64,000 nt of DNA from an uncultured Thermoleophilia bacterium (GTDB lineage Bacteria > Actinomycetota > Thermoleophilia > UBA2241): contig CAVOGK010000026.1 of NCBI GenBank assembly GCA_963695395.1, forward strand, positions 60,511-124,510, in the 5' to 3' direction. The translations under genes and the position numbers were made by a program. The notes beneath the pieces are model-generated. The model had not been told where the DNA came from. It saw only the letters and a list, made by a program, of their open reading frames with translations, and did no database searches. Every line of letters begins with the position of its first letter. The first letter of the stretch is position 1. Below, in pieces: positions 12,786 to 23,574 of the stretch.

Positions 12786-14075
12786 ATGGACCACGTGCAC
12801 AACGAACCCGAACCGCGAGTGTTCTCATCCTCCATGGGGGGCCAGCAGGTCCAGAGTCGCCGCGTGGAGCGCAAGATGCGCATCCACCGCCAGCCCAAGA
12901 CGCTCATCACCGGCATCGGCGCGGTGGATCAGCTGGGTGTGGAGGCGAAGAAGCTCAACGGGACCAAGGTCCTCGTCGTCACCGACCAGGGCGTCAGCGA
13001 CTGCGGCATGTGCATCGACGTCGAGCGGCCGCTGGTCGAGGCCGGCCTCGAGGTCGCCTTCTACGACAAGACCGTGCCCGAGCCGCCGATGAGTACCATC
13101 GAGGAGATCGTGCGCATCGTCGAGAAGGGCGGCTACGACCTCATCGTCGGCTTCGGCGGCGGCTCGCCGATCGACGTCGCCAAGGCAGCGGCCGTGCTGC
13201 CCAACACCGGCGACACTGTCTACGACTACGTCGGCATCGACCAGGTGCCTCGCAAGGGCCTGCCGATCATCGCCATCCCCACGACGGCCGGCACCGGCTC
13301 GGAGTGCACGGCGATCGCCATCTTCGCCAACGAGAAGCTCAATGTGAAGCAGGGCCTCGTCAGCCCGTTCCTCATGCCGAACGTGGCGCTCATCGACCCG
13401 GCGCTCACGGTGAGCTGCCCGCCGAACGTCACGGCCGCCTCGGGCATGGACGCCCTCATCCACAACATCGAGGCCTACATCTCGGTGAACGCGACCATGC
13501 ACACCGACTCGCTGGCCTACGAGGGCATCAAGCTCATCAGCCAGAGCATCCGCACCGCCGTGTTCGACGGCAACAACATGTGGGCTCGTGACGCCATGGC
13601 GATGGGCTCGATGATGGGCGGCATCGCCTTCGGCAACGCCGGGGTCGGCGCCGTGCACGCGCTCTCGTATCCCATCGGCGGCATGTTCCACGTGCCGCAC
13701 GGGGTCGCCAACACCATGGTCCTGCCGTGGGCGATGGAGTACAACATGCTCGCCTGTCTGCGCTGGTTCAAGCAGTTCGGTGGAGCGATGGGCGAGAACA
13801 TGATCGGGCTCTCAGACCGCGAGGCCGCCGACAAGACCCTCGCCGCGCTGCGGCTGCTCGCGGACGACCTGGGCGTCCCGCAGTACCTGAGCGACGTCGG
13901 CATCCCCGAGTCGGCCATCCCCGATCTCGTGGAGGGCGCCAAGACGCAGGCGCGCCTGTGGAACAACAACCCGCGCAAGTTCACGCCCGAGGACATGGAG
14001 CAGGTGTACCGCAACATGGCCGTCCGCCCGGGCAGCGAGCCCGTCGGCGAGAAGAAGCCGGGCGCCGGCAAGTAG
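12786..14075 (+). CDS. Iron-containing alcohol dehydrogenase, likely 4-hydroxybutyrate dehydrogenase
   Basis: Fe-ADH GGGS motif GFGGGSPIDVAKAAA; HxxxH region present. AAGGAGAG SD. The start could instead be the internal M at 12876. Confidence 0.8.
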   Translation: MDHVHNEPEPRVFSSSMGGQQVQSRRVERKMRIHRQPKTLITGIGAVDQLGVEAKKLNGTKVLVVTDQGVSDCGMCIDVERPLVEAGLEVAFYDKTVPEPPMSTIEEIVRIVEKGGYDLIVGFGGGSPIDVAKAAAVLPNTGDTVYDYVGIDQVPRKGLPIIAIPTTAGTGSECTAIAIFANEKLNVKQGLVSPFLMPNVALIDPALTVSCPPNVTAASGMDALIHNIEAYISVNATMHTDSLAYEGIKLISQSIRTAVFDGNNMWARDAMAMGSMMGGIAFGNAGVGAVHALSYPIGGMFHVPHGVANTMVLPWAMEYNMLACLRWFKQFGGAMGENMIGLSDREAADKTLAALRLLADDLGVPQYLSDVGIPESAIPDLVEGAKTQARLWNNNPRKFTPEDMEQVYRNMAVRPGSEPVGEKKPGAGK

Positions 14076-14098
14076 GGCCGGCGCAAGACGCAAGACAC

Positions 14099-14137
14099 CC
14101 GACGGGCCGGGCGACCGACGGTCGCCCGGCCCGTCGG
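14099..14137. terminator. Perfect 18-bp stem hairpin (CCGACGGGCCGGGCGACC-gac-GGTCGCCCGGCCCGTCGG) between convergent 4hbD and the LarA-like gene
   Basis: Arms are exact reverse complements. Ends at the stop of the minus-strand gene. Confidence 0.55.
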
Positions 14138-15415
14138 TCAGTCGGCGCCGGCAGTCACCCGGCTGCCGTGCGGCACGACCAGGCAGCGGGCGCCGGGACC
14201 GGCGCGGTCCAGCGCGGCTCCGATCGCCGCGTCGACGCTCGCGAACGGCGTCATGCACATACTGCGCACGACGTCGTCCGGGAACTCCGAGACGAGGTAC
14301 ACCTCGGCCCGGTCGAGCAGTCCGGCGACGGCCGCCGCCTTGTGCCCGCCGAGCACGAACTCCTGCTGGATGCGGTCGATGAGGACCTGGGGGCTGCCCA
14401 TGCCCGTCATCCACTCCTCGAAGACCTTCTGCCCGAAGCCCTCGCGGCAGCGGGCGACCAGCACGATCACGCCGCCGTCGCGCACCGCCCCGCCGACGTT
14501 GTCGAGCGTCTTCTGCGCCTGGTACAGGTTGATGTCCTTGGGCCTGCCGCCCGGCGAGGCGACGACGACGTCGGCCGCCTCGGGGATGCGCAGGTCGCAG
14601 CGCCGGTCGTAGGCGGCGGCGCCGGCGCGGTGCGCCTCGAGGTAGTGACCGGCCACGGCGCGGACGATCCGCTTGTCCTCGTCGAGCAGCACGTTGAAGA
14701 TGAAGTCGATGCCGATCAGCCCGCCGGCCTCGTCGATGTCCTCGCGCACGGGGTTGCCGTCGATGATGCCGGCCCTCGCCGTCGGCGCCAGCATCATGCT
14801 GTGGTTGTCGCGGATGGCGGCGTAGGAGCAGAGACCCGGGACGACCGCCTTGGCGCCGCCGCTGAAGCCGGCGAAGTAGTGGTACTCGATGTTGCCGGTG
14901 CAGATGCGCAGGTCGGCGTCCAGGTAGGGCTCGAAGACCTCGAGGCGCGTGCCGCGCGAGGTCGTGCCGACCGGCACGCAGCGCGCGGCGTCGAGGTCGA
15001 TCAGGCGGACGCCGCTCGCGGCCACCTCCGTCGCCGACGAGCTGCGCGCTGCTCCTCGGGCGTGTGCGCCCGGTGGCCGCCGAGCGCGAAGAGGATGCTG
15101 ACGTCCTCCGGCGCGAGCGGCGCGAGCTCCTCGAGCAGCGCCGGCAGGAAGCGGTACGACGGGCACGGCCTGGTGACGTCGCTGACGACGATCGCGGCCG
15201 CTGCGCGCCGAGGCCGCGAGCTCCGAGAGGCGCGGCGCGCCGATGGGCTCCGCCAGGGCGCGCCTGATCTCGGCCTGCTCGTCCTCGGCCGACGGCGCCG
15301 CCGGCGGAGGCTCCTCTTCGCCCAGGCCGCAGCCGGGGCCGATGACGGTGACCTGCAGGTCGTCGGGCAGGACGGCGTCGAGAGCGCCGTCGCCGTACGG
15401 GATGGAGACCTTCAT
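14138..15415 (-). CDS. LarA-like (nickel-pincer lactate racemase family, DUF2088) protein, two internal frameshifts
   Basis: N-terminus MKVSIPYGDGALDAVLPDD. An alternative frame restores the VVSDVTRPCPS (DxTRP) motif. The 837-aa ORF 14138-16651 is a read-through artefact. Confidence 0.6.
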   Translation of the reverse strand: MKVSIPYGDGALDAVLPDDLQVTVIGPGCGLGEEEPPPAAPSAEDEQAEIRRALAEPIGAPRLSELAASARSGRDRRQRRHQAVPVVPLPAGAARGARAARAGGRQHPLRARRPPGAHARGAARSSSATEVAASGVRLIDLDAARCVPVGTTSRGTRLEVFEPYLDADLRICTGNIEYHYFAGFSGGAKAVVPGLCSYAAIRDNHSMMLAPTARAGIIDGNPVREDIDEAGGLIGIDFIFNVLLDEDKRIVRAVAGHYLEAHRAGAAAYDRRCDLRIPEAADVVVASPGGRPKDINLYQAQKTLDNVGGAVRDGGVIVLVARCREGFGQKVFEEWMTGMGSPQVLIDRIQQEFVLGGHKAAAVAGLLDRAEVYLVSEFPDDVVRSMCMTPFASVDAAIGAALDRAGPGARCLVVPHGSRVTAGAD

Positions 15416-15432
15416 CCGCCGCTCCCGGGCCG

Positions 15433-16686
15433 TCAGCCGAAGCGGACGGCCGACTCCTTGAGCGCTTCGATGACCGGCATCGGCTTGCCGCTGAGGAACT
15501 GCACCATGGCGCCGCCGGCGGTGCACACGTAGTCGAAGCGGCCGGCGAGTCCGAAGCGGTTCATGGCCGCGACGCTGTCGCCGCCGCCGAGGGCGCTGAA
15601 GGCGGCCGAGTCGGCCATCGCCTCCCAGATCGCCCGCGTGCCGTACTCCGTCTCCGCCTGCTCGAACACGCCGGCCGGGCCGTTGACGAACACGGTGCCG
15701 GCGGCGGCGATGCGGGCGGCGTAGTCGGCCGCGGCCGCGTGACCGATGTCCACGAGCGGCGCGTCCACCGGCAGGTCCGCGACGGCGACCTCGCCTGCGC
15801 TCCCCGTCCTCGCACCCAGGCGAGGTCGGCCGGCAGCACGATCTTGTCGCCGTGCGCGGCGAGGATCGCCCGCGACTCCTCGATGAACGGCTCCAGCTGG
15901 CTCGCACTGGATGAACTCCATGGACGGCTCGCCGATGTCCACGCCGCTCGCCGCCAGCATGACGTTGGCGACCAGGCCGGCGGTGAGCACGGTGTCGACG
16001 ACGCCGTCGGCAAGCGCGGCGGCCATCATCGGGAACGCCTCCTGGATCTTGGTGCCGCCGAGGACGAAGACGCACGGCCGGGCCGGATCCTCGCGCAGGC
16101 GAGCCAGGTTCTCGTACTCGCGCTCGAACAGGCGGCCCATCGCCGACGGCAGCAGCTGCTCGAAGCCGACGAGGGTGGGCTGTGAGCGGTGCGCGGCCGC
16201 GAAGGCGTCGCAGACGTAGAGGTCGGCGAGCGGCGCCAGCTTGCGCACCACGAGCGTCTTCGCCTGGTCCTCCGGCGAGAGCTCGAGCTTGCGCTCGAAC
16301 AGGGTGAGCTCCTCGGCGCAGAAGCGCACGTTGTCGAGGAGCAGGACGTCGCCGCCTGAGAGCCGGCCGATCGCGTCGCGCGCGGCCGGCCCGCAGACGT
16401 CGTCGATGAACGCGACGGCATGGCCGGTGAGCTCGCTCATCACGGCCGCGTGCGGCTCGGTGGAGGCGTAGTTGTGGTACTCGAGGTCGCCGCCCTGGTG
16501 GGCGAGCAGGACGACCCGGGCGCCGGCGTCCGCGAGCTCGCGGACGGTGGGCGCGCAGCCGCGGAGCCGCGTCACGTCGCGCAGCCCGCCGGTCTCCGGG
16601 TCGAGCGGCGCGTTGATGTCCACGCGGCAGAGGACGGTCTTGCCGCCCCACGCGAAGTCGTCCAGCGTGTGGATGCCGTACTTCAC
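15433..16686 (-). CDS. pgk: Phosphoglycerate kinase, archaeal type, with two internal frameshifts
   Basis: (V)KYGIHTLDDFAWGGKTVLCRVDINAPLDPETGG, VCDAFAAAHRSQPTLVGF and GGGAMVQFLSGKPMPVIEALK match archaeal PGKs rather than bacterial ones. The middle segment is recovered in the frame of ORF 15561-16013. GTGA overlap with the gap stop. Confidence 0.8.
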   Translation of the reverse strand: MKYGIHTLDDFAWGGKTVLCRVDINAPLDPETGGLRDVTRLRGCAPTVRELADAGARVVLLAHQGGDLEYHNYASTEPHAAVMSELTGHAVAFIDDVCGPAARDAIGRLSGGDVLLLDNVRFCAEELTLFERKLELSPEDQAKTLVVRKLAPLADLYVCDAFAAAHRSQPTLVGFEQLLPSAMGRLFEREYENLARLREDPARPCVFVLGGTKIQEAFPMMAAALADGVVDTVLTAGLVANVMLAASGVDIGEPSMEFIQCEPAGAVHRGVAGDPRRARRQDRAAGRPRLGARTGSAGEVAVADLPVDAPLVDIGHAAAADYAARIAAAGTVFVNGPAGVFEQAETEYGTRAIWEAMADSAAFSALGGGDSVAAMNRFGLAGRFDYVCTAGGAMVQFLSGKPMPVIEALKESAVRFG

Positions 16687-17747
16687 GTGGGTCGCCTCTC
16701 CCCTGCGCCGATCAGGCGAGCCCGAGGTACTTGTTCGTGAGCCCCACGGCCTCGAGGCGGTCGGTCTGCATGCTGAGCGCCGCGCGCACGGCGTCCACGG
16801 TCTCGGGGATCACCACCGACTCCTGCGGGATGTTGATCGCGAACATGAACTCGCGGCCGCTCTTGGCGATGGTCTCGTCGAAGACGGCGATGTCGTACAT
16901 GTCGGCGCGCTTGTTGCCGAGGTCGCGGGCGTAGCGGAACAGCGCCGCGTTGCTGTTGAAGCCGTCGGCGATCTTGACGGGCCGGATGCGCGGGTGCGCC
17001 GCGAAGAGCTCGAGCGCCCGCTCCTTGCTGACGTCGCGCCTTGGTGGTGGCGATCACGTTGATGATGTGGCCGTGCGTGGTGGGCACGTGCACGAGCAGG
17101 CCGGTGGCCTCGATGTGCGGCATGATCGTCATCAGGTCGAGCGCCTGGTGGTTCGGGACGGGCTCGACCTGAGCGACGTCGACGAGCCCGCGGTGCGTGT
17201 CGCCGGGGTCGGCGACGCGGCGCACGATGGTGACGATGACGCGCTCCACGCCGACCTCGCGGTCGAGGCAGTCGACGGCGCGGATGAGGCCGGTGGTGTT
17301 GCAGCTGGTCAGCTTGAGGTAGTCCCGCCCGACGCCCTTCTCGTAGTTGGCGTAGCCGTGGAAGAAGACGTCGACGATGTCGTTCTTCTCGCCGCCCTGG
17401 AAGACGGCCTTGACGCCCTTCGCCTGGTAGAGCTCCTTGTTCTTGCGCCCCACGCCGCCGGGCGAGGAGTCGAGCACGATGTCGACCTTGCCGAGCAGGT
17501 CGTCCATGGTGCCGGTGACCGGGATGCCGACCTCGTCGAAGGCGGCCTTCTGGCCGGCCTCGACCACGTACAGGTCGTAGGGCATGCCCGACTCACACAG
17601 GGCGCGCGTCGAGAGCGTCGGCGCGACGTCGACGACGCCGACCAGCTCCATGTCGCCCTGCAGCGCCACGCCGTCGGCGAGACGCTGGCCGATGACGCCG
17701 TAGCCGACGACGCCCACTCTTGGCTTGCTCATGTTCCGCTCCTTCAA
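16683..17747 (-). CDS. gap: Glyceraldehyde-3-phosphate dehydrogenase, type II (archaeal type), C-terminal frameshift(s)
   Basis: VGVVGYGVIGQRLADGV, AVFQGGEK, LTSCNTTGL and VTIVRRVADP match archaeal GAPDH. The C-terminal part continues in the frame of ORF 16712-16900. Confidence 0.8.
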   Translation of the reverse strand: MKERNMSKPRVGVVGYGVIGQRLADGVALQGDMELVGVVDVAPTLSTRALCESGMPYDLYVVEAGQKAAFDEVGIPVTGTMDDLLGKVDIVLDSSPGGVGRKNKELYQAKGVKAVFQGGEKNDIVDVFFHGYANYEKGVGRDYLKLTSCNTTGLIRAVDCLDREVGVERVIVTIVRRVADPGDTHRGLVDVAQVEPVPNHQALDLMTIMPHIEATGLLVHVPTTHGHIINVIATTKARRQQGAGARALRGAPAHPARQDRRRLQQQRGAVPLRPRPRQQARRHVRHRRLRRDHRQERPRVHVRDQHPAGVGGDPRDRGRRARGAQHADRPPRGRGAHEQVPRARLIGAGERRPT

Positions 17748-17771
17748 GCGTCATGCCGCCGCCGGCGGCGA

Positions 17772-19170
17772 TCAGTAGCCCAGTTCCTTCTCGACGACGC
17801 CGATCGACTCGTCGAGCACGTTCACGACGGTGTCGATCTGCTCCTTGCTGATGATGAACGGCGGCGCGACCGCGTGCACGTGGCCGCCGCCCAGCAGGCG
17901 CACGAAGACGCCGCGCTTGAACGCCTCGTCGCGGATCTTCGCGGCGACGCCCTGCGCCGGCGCGAACCACTCACGCGTCTCCTTGTCCTTGACGTACTCG
18001 ATGCCGGCCACGAGGCCGACGCCGCGCACGTCGCCGACGATCGGGTGCGCGAGCAGCGTGGCGAGGCCGTCCTGCAGGTACGGACCGAGCTCGGCGCAGC
18101 GCTCGACCAGTTTCTCGCGCTCGACGATCTCGAGGTTGGCGATGCCGGCGGCGCAGCACAGCGGGTGACCCATGTAGGTGGCGCCGCTCATGAACGCCTC
18201 GCCCGGGGCCGCCGAGGAAGGCGTCGAACACGTGGTCCTTGGCGCCCACGGCGCCCAGCGGCAGGTAGCCGGAGGAGAGGCCCTTGGCCAGCGTGATCAG
18301 GTCGGGGTCGGAGCCGAACTGCTCGAAGCCGAACCAGGTGCCGCTGCGCCCGAAGCCGGTGATCACCTCGTCGTTGATCACGAGCACCTCGTTGGCCTTG
18401 CAGATCTCGTTGACCATCGGCCAGTACTCGGGCGGCGGCGGGATCACGCCGCCGGTGCCGATCATCGTCTCGCCGAGCATGGTGCCGACGTTCTCGGGGC
18501 CGTAGAAGGCGATCTCCCCTGCGACCTGCGTGGCGCACTCCATCTTGCAGTCGTCGCCGTAGGTCTTGTTCCACTCGCAGCGGTAGCAGTACGGCGCGCC
18601 GAGCTTGATGAAGCCGGGCAGCAGGGGCTCGAACTTGGCGCGGTTCACGGTGAGGCCCTGGGCGCTGACGCTGGTCATGGTCGTGCCGTGGTACGAGCGG
18701 TCGCGGAACATGACCATGTACTTGGTGCCTTTGCCCTTGTTGCGCCAGTACTGACGCGCCATCTTGACCGCGGTCTCGACCGACTCCCCGCCGCCGAGCG
18801 TGAGAAAGACGTGGTTCAGATCGCCGGGCATGTGCTCCGCGACCTTGGCGGCGAGCTTGATGGCCGGCTCGTTGCCGATCTGGAAGATGTGGTAGATGGC
18901 CAGCTTCTGCATCTGGGCGTTGATGGCGTCGTAGATCTCCTGGCGGCCGTGGCCGACGTTCACCGTCCACAGGCTGGCGAAGGCGTCGATGTACTCGTTG
19001 CCGTCGCTGTCGTAGACGAGCGCGCCCTCGGCGCGCTCCATGATCACCGGCTTGAGGCCCTCCATCTGCGTGAAGGGGGGCCAGAGGTGCTCGAAGGACT
19101 CGTCCTTCATCCCACCGTCGGCCGCGTGTTCCTTGTCTGCCATGAGTCCTTCCTCTCCGCTGGTATCCAC
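17772..19170 (-). CDS. Class III (omega/BioA-like) aminotransferase, one frameshift near 18190-18240
   Basis: HLWPPFTQM, PLP-lysine region EVLVINDEVITGFGRSGTWFG. C-terminal part in ORF 17772-18191. Confidence 0.8.
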
Positions 19171-19218
19171 CCAGGTGGAAACTAGGGCGTCAGCGCCCCG
19201 ATGTCAACACGACGAGCG

Positions 19219-20649
19219 TCACGTGAGGACGACGCCGCAGACCTCCGCCAGAGCAGCCACTTGGGCATCGGACAACGCCGGTCTCCAGTCGGCGCGAGCC
19301 TGCAACATGGCTGTCACGCGCTCGCGGGCGGCGTCGACCTCGTCGCGGTCCTCCGCCTTCCAGGCGTCGTACGAAAGACGTGTCGAGACGACCGGCGCGA
19401 ACTGCTCGCCGGCGCGGATGCGCCGCGTGGTCTCCTTCTCGGCCAGGAAATGCCCGCCCGGACCGACCCTCTCGATCATCTCGCCGAGGATCTCCTCGTG
19501 CGAGATGGTCACGTCGGCCAGCAGCCGGCGGATGATGCCCACGATCTCGCAGTCGATGACGATCTGCGGCAGGTACAGCAGGTCGACAGAGTCGAGCATG
19601 CCGACGCCACCGCTGAGCACGTCGGCCCCGGCGGCGGCTGAGGTCAACCCCTTCAGGGCCTTGTCGTACCCAGCCTGGATGCCGGGGTACTTGGCCTCCG
19701 TGCCCAGGCCGGGCACCGCGACAGGCACGCCCAGGAAGTGCCCCATCTCGATGCTGGCGGCGGCCATGAGGTGAGATTCGGGCGCTCCGTACGCCACGTG
19801 TGCGGAGCGCATGTCCATGACGTTGGAGGAGGCGCCGAACACCAGGCGCGCGCCGGGGGCCATTGACTGCATCGCCGTGGCCACGCCGAGGAACTCGGCT
19901 ACCGCCTGCGTGACGCCGGCGGCGACGGTGATCGGCGTCGTCGCCCCGGACATCGGGATCGTGTAGACCTCGATCGGCACACCGTGCACGGCCATGGCGG
20001 CATGGAAGTCCAGCGCACCGCCGTCCACCTGCAGCGGGGAGGCCGCGGTGAGCAGCGTGCTGAACCGCGGTCGCTCCCTGAACGCTTCCTCGCCATCGGC
20101 GACGATGTCCCCGATGCGCAGCAGCGGTTCGACCTGCGACGGGCAATCGACGAAGGTGACGTGCTTGTCCGTGTTCGTGAGCATGGTGAAGTAGCCGGTG
20201 AGCTCGCGGACATCGAGAGGCACGTCGTTGGCGGTCACCGTCGTCCAGACCAGGTCGACCTCCGGCGAGGCGTCGAGCAGCGCCGTGGCCTTACGCAGGT
20301 CGTCGAGCGTCGAGAGCCGGCGTTCGCCGCTCTCGTCGTCCAGCACGAAGGCGCCGCAACCGGAGGAGCAGAAGTGCGAGCCCTCCCCTTCGGCGAGCAG
20401 AACGTCCTGCGCCGGCGTGGCGCCCGCCATGACGATCTCGCGCGGGCAGTGGTCGACGGCCTCCCGGACGAGGTCCGGTGGGAAGCGGACGATGCCGCTC
20501 TCGTGGTCGACCGCCGCGCCTTGCGCGGCGAGCGCGGCGAGTGCCCGGGAGCCGGCGAGACGCATGCCGACGCGCTCGAGCAGGGCCAGGGCCTCCCGGA
20601 CGATGAGGTCCTTCTCTTCCTGGCTCAGCCAGGTGGTCCGCTGTCGCAC
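19219..20649 (-). CDS. MttB-superfamily (trimethylamine methyltransferase family, COG5598) corrinoid-dependent methyltransferase, non-pyrrolysine paralog
   Basis: 476 aa. Family-typical segments PESHLMAAASIEMGHFLGVP, AGYDKALKGLTSAAAGADVLSGGVGMLDS. No internal stop. Confidence 0.8.
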   Translation of the reverse strand: MRQRTTWLSQEEKDLIVREALALLERVGMRLAGSRALAALAAQGAAVDHESGIVRFPPDLVREAVDHCPREIVMAGATPAQDVLLAEGEGSHFCSSGCGAFVLDDESGERRLSTLDDLRKATALLDASPEVDLVWTTVTANDVPLDVRELTGYFTMLTNTDKHVTFVDCPSQVEPLLRIGDIVADGEEAFRERPRFSTLLTAASPLQVDGGALDFHAAMAVHGVPIEVYTIPMSGATTPITVAAGVTQAVAEFLGVATAMQSMAPGARLVFGASSNVMDMRSAHVAYGAPESHLMAAASIEMGHFLGVPVAVPGLGTEAKYPGIQAGYDKALKGLTSAAAGADVLSGGVGMLDSVDLLYLPQIVIDCEIVGIIRRLLADVTISHEEILGEMIERVGPGGHFLAEKETTRRIRAGEQFAPVVSTRLSYDAWKAEDRDEVDAARERVTAMLQARADWRPALSDAQVAALAEVCGVVLT

Positions 20650-20829
20650 GGCGCTCCTCCGTTCGTGGCCGGATCAAGTCCCGCCGGCCATCAGTACCCA
20701 TGGCCCGTCCGACACGGCCATGCCCATACCGCGGACGGGAGGCAGCGCGCCGGACCAAGCGCCGCAGCGCCGGCGACGAGGACCAAGCGGCCACCGACCA
20801 ACCGCCCGGCCCGGCCGGACCGGCCCTGC

Positions 20830-22653
20830 TCAGACCGTCGGCGTGTCCGACAGCAGCTTCTTGGTGTAGTCGGCCTGCGGGTCGTCGAGGACGGCGTCCA
20901 CGGCGCCGTACTCCACAATACGCCCCTCGTTCATCACCGCGACCTCCTGGGAGATGCTGCGCACCAGGGCCAGGTTGTGGGTGACGAACAGCATCGAGAG
21001 GCCCATGTCGCGCTGCAGGCGCGGCGAGCAGTTCGATGATCGCCGCCTGCACGGAGACGTCGAGCCAGGAGGTCACCTCGTCGCAGATCAGCACCGTCGG
21101 CTCCGCCGCCAGACCGCGAGCGATGGCCACCCGCTGCCGCTCCCCGCCGGAGAGCTGGTCCGGGTAGCGGCTGAGCAGCGACGCGTCCAGGGCCACCTGC
21201 TCGAGCGCCTGCTCCATCCGCCCCTCCATCTCGCTGCGCGAGAGGTCGAAGAAGACCCGGAGCGGCTGCGAGAGGATCTGGCCGATCGTCTTGCGCGGGT
21301 TGAGCGAGCTGTAGGGGCTCTGGAAGATGTACTGGATCGCCTGCCGGGTCGCCCGCGGCCGGCCGCGGGCGTCGCGCGAGAGCGGCTTGCCCATGAACTC
21401 GATGTCGCCGACGATCTTGTGCTGATGCAGTCCGGCGATGCAGCGCGCCAGGGTCGTCTTGCCGGACCCGGACTCACCGACCAGGGAGAGGCAGCGCCGC
21501 TCGCTGAGATGAGTGGTGATGTCGTGCAGCGTCTCCTTGTGCTGGTAGAACGCCTTCACGTCGCGCACGCTGATGACCTGCTTCTCCTGGGTTCCCGGAG
21601 CAGAGAGCGACTTGTCGCGCAGCAAGAAGTCCCGCTCGGCCGCCGCGGCATTCACTTCCTTGTGGCGCCAGCAGCGCACGCGGTGCCCGGGGCTCACCTC
21701 CTCCACGGGGGGATACTCCTCCCCGCAGTGGTCGACCGCCCAATCGCAGCGCGGCGTGAAGGCACAGCCGCTGGGCCGCCTGCCCGGGCGGGGGGCCCAG
21801 CCCGGGATGCCGCGCAGGGCACGCTCGCCGGTGATATCGGGGATGGACGCGAGCAGCTTGCGCGTGTAGGGGTGCCGGCCGGACGCGAAGAGCTCGTCGC
21901 GGGTGCCGATCTCGACGACCCGGCCGGCGTACATCACGGCGATGCGGTCGGCGAGGTTGGAGACCACGGCGAGGTCGTGGGTGATGTAGAGCGCCGCGAC
22001 GCCGTACGACCTCGTGAGGTCGCGCACGGTGTCGAGCACGTGCGCCTGGGTGGTCACGTCGAGGGCGGTGGTCGGCTCGTCGAGGACGATGACCTTGGGC
22101 CGGTTGGCGAAGGCCATGGCGATGGCGACGCGCTGCTGCTGTCCGCCGGAGAGCTGGTGCGGATACCTGCGCAGGAACGCCCTGTCGGACGGCAGCAGGA
22201 CCTCGGCCATCATCTCGGCGCGGCGCGCCTCGCGATCTTCCGTCGACGAGCCGAAGCCGTGCACCTCGAGGATCTCCAGGAGCTGCGTGCCGATGCGCAG
22301 CGCCGGGTTGAGCGCCGCCGAGGAGTCCTGCGGCACGTAGCTGATCTGGCCGCCGCGGACGGCGCGCAGCGCCGCCGGGCCCATGGCAAGGACGTCCTCT
22401 CCGTCGATCTCCACCTGTCCGCCGGCGATCTTCGCGCCGCGGCGCTGGTAGTCGAGCAGGCTGGTCCCGACCGTGGTCTTGCCCGAGGCGGATTCGCCGA
22501 CCAGGCCCAGCACCTCACCGCGGTGGATCACCATCGAGACGTCGTCGTCGATGTCCACGCCCGAGGGATCGAAGACGATGCGCAGCCCCTCGACGCGCAG
22601 GACGACGTCAGGCTCCACGCTGGTCGCGGGACCGGCAGTGGTCGTGGACTCCA
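20830..22653 (-). CDS. Fused double ABC ATPase of an Opp/Dpp-type transporter (OppD-OppF fusion), one frameshift near 21020
   Basis: MESTTTAGP... Two Walker A sites ([18 protein letters not shown]) and two LSGG signatures. The true C-terminus ...[20 protein letters not shown] is in an alternate frame ending near 20830. The 1104-aa ORF is an artefact. Confidence 0.75.
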
Positions 22654-23574
22654 TCACCCCACCCCCGTGTCGCGTTCGATGCCGATCAGCGCGCGTCCCA
22701 GACCGTCGGCGATCAGGTTGGTGCCGATCGTCAGGATGCCGATCAGCAGCACCGGCACGAACACCGGCCACGGCTGGATGACGATGCCGATGCGGTTCTC
22801 GTTGATCATGAGGCCCCAGTCGGCCGCCGGTGGCTGCATGCCGAAGCCGAGGAACGACAGCGCCGCGATGAGGCCGATCGAGTACGTCAGGCGCAGGCCG
22901 AACTCGACCAGCAGCGGGCTGGTGATGCTCGGCATGATCTCGTTGAAGAGGATCTTCCAGCGCGCGATGCCGAACGCCTCGGCCGCGCGCACGAAGTCGC
23001 GCTGCGCGACCTCGAGCGTCGCGGAGCGCGCCACGCGCGCGATGCGCGGCGCGTGCCCGATGCCGACCATGAGCACGATCAGCCAGAGCCGCGGGCCGAG
23101 GATGGAGACGAAGAGCAGCGTGAGGACGATCTGCGGGAAGGCGAGCACGACGTCCAGGATGCGCATGACCGACTCGTCGACCCAGCGCCGCGCGTAGCCG
23201 GTGATGAGGCCCAGGGTGACGCCGAGGGAGAGGCCGATCACGGTGGCCGCGAGGGCGAGCAGGATGACCGTGCGCCCGCCGTAGAGCACGCGCGTGAGCA
23301 CGTCGTGGCCGATGTAGTCGCTGCCCAGCCACATCTTCGGGATGGCCGGTGGGGAGAAGGGCGGCGCCACGAACTCGGTCGGTGAGTACGGAGCGATCCA
23401 GGGGCCGACGACCGCGAGCAGCACGATGAAGCCGAAGATGCCGACGCCGATCTTGGTGCGCCCCATGCCCCAGGCCTCGCGAAGGGTCATCAGCCACTCG
23501 GAGTGGCGACGCTCGGGCAGGATGACGGCCGGCTCGGCCAGCTCGTCGGCGCTGATCATGATCTCGTCGCTCAT
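22654..23574 (-). CDS. oppC: Oligopeptide/dipeptide ABC transporter permease
   Basis: 306 aa with multiple TM segments. ATG/TGA abutment with the ATPase gene. Confidence 0.85.
   Translation of the reverse strand: MSDEIMISADELAEPAVILPERRHSEWLMTLREAWGMGRTKIGVGIFGFIVLLAVVGPWIAPYSPTEFVAPPFSPPAIPKMWLGSDYIGHDVLTRVLYGGRTVILLALAATVIGLSLGVTLGLITGYARRWVDESVMRILDVVLAFPQIVLTLLFVSILGPRLWLIVLMVGIGHAPRIARVARSATLEVAQRDFVRAAEAFGIARWKILFNEIMPSITSPLLVEFGLRLTYSIGLIAALSFLGFGMQPPAADWGLMINENRIGIVIQPWPVFVPVLLIGILTIGTNLIADGLGRALIGIERDTGVG

Noticed and set aside
14138-16651. 837-aa ORF spanning the LarA-like gene and pgk
   Set aside because: Read-through artefact. It joins two unrelated genes through out-of-frame low-complexity segments (RSGRDRRQRRHQ...). 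Resolved into larA-like and pgk with frameshifts.
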